Below are positions 63,651 to 64,000 of a stretch of 64,000 bases of DNA, in pieces; the stretch's first letter is position 1; each line of letters starts with the position of its first letter. Below the pieces are notes generated by a model that worked only from the letters and a program-made list of their open reading frames with translations, did not search any database and was not told the origin of the DNA. The position numbers were made by a program, and so were the translations under genes. Where the stretch lies: IMG/VR virus record IMGVR_UViG_3300037483_000594, positions 96,001 through 160,000 of that record. One strand, written 5' to 3'. The stretch comes from a virus.

Positions 63651-64000
63651 ATCTCGCAGACTTGACGAAACTCGTGCGGACGTGCGTGGAGACCAGGGTC
63701 CCGGTGATGTTGAGCGGGCCGCCTGGGGCGGCCAAGACCGAGTCTTTGGAGCAGCTTTCCACGGAGCTGGAAGCGGGGTTTGTCCCGGTGGCGGTGGCGA
63801 CACGTCCGGCTGAGGACTTCTCGGGGATCGCTGTCCCCGAGAACATGGTGACGACCTTGGTGACCAAGGTCGCCTCCAACTTTGCGGAGACAGGGGAGGT
63901 TCAGTGGGGAAAGATCGCCGCTGAACTCCAGAAGCCCTCGGCTTCGCAGGGGGTGCGCCAAGAGCCTATGTCCTGGCTCACCCGCGCTATCCGGTTGGGG
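63647..64000 (+). CDS. MoxR-like AAA+ ATPase (truncated by the window end)
   Basis: GGAG RBS; MNLADL..PVMLSGPPGAAKT..EDFSGI. Confidence 0.7.
   Translation, partial: MNLADLTKLVRTCVETRVPVMLSGPPGAAKTESLEQLSTELEAGFVPVAVATRPAEDFSGIAVPENMVTTLVTKVASNFAETGEVQWGKIAAELQKPSASQGVRQEPMSWLTRAIRLG

Noticed and set aside
1-64000. CRISPR array, cas operon, integrase, reverse transcriptase or stop-codon recoding
   Set aside because: No repeat-spacer array or corresponding motifs seen; genes read intact in the standard code using all three stop codons

Overview
This window is a 64-kb segment of a large, GC-rich tailed (myovirus-like) phage genome. The + strand carries the virion module: portal, spike, terminase large subunit, prohead protease, scaffold-like proteins, major capsid, neck, LamG proteins, sheath, tube and a -1 frameshifted chaperone pair. 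It also encodes a 3368-aa fused beta-beta' RNA polymerase interrupted by three LAGLIDADG inteins at catalytic motifs. Short minus-strand islands, each with a (T/G)ATAAG promoter-like motif and a terminator, interrupt the module. Four features stand out. (1) A K-x-A motif recurs across about 18 head-associated proteins, where it flanks glycine-zipper modules and leads two enzymes (a Nudix hydrolase and a 3'-phosphoesterase-DNA ligase), suggesting a protease-released virion cargo system. (2) Two ~56-nt mini-tRNA-like RNAs end in G-CCA directly against a Shine-Dalgarno sequence, and a third cloverleaf has a 5-nt anticodon loop. (3) A Csx3-like ring nuclease lies in the same island as most of these RNAs, with no CRISPR locus in the window, so it may be an anti-CRISPR. 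(4) The intein at NADFDGD is atypical. All calls come from reading motifs by eye; no searches were run.
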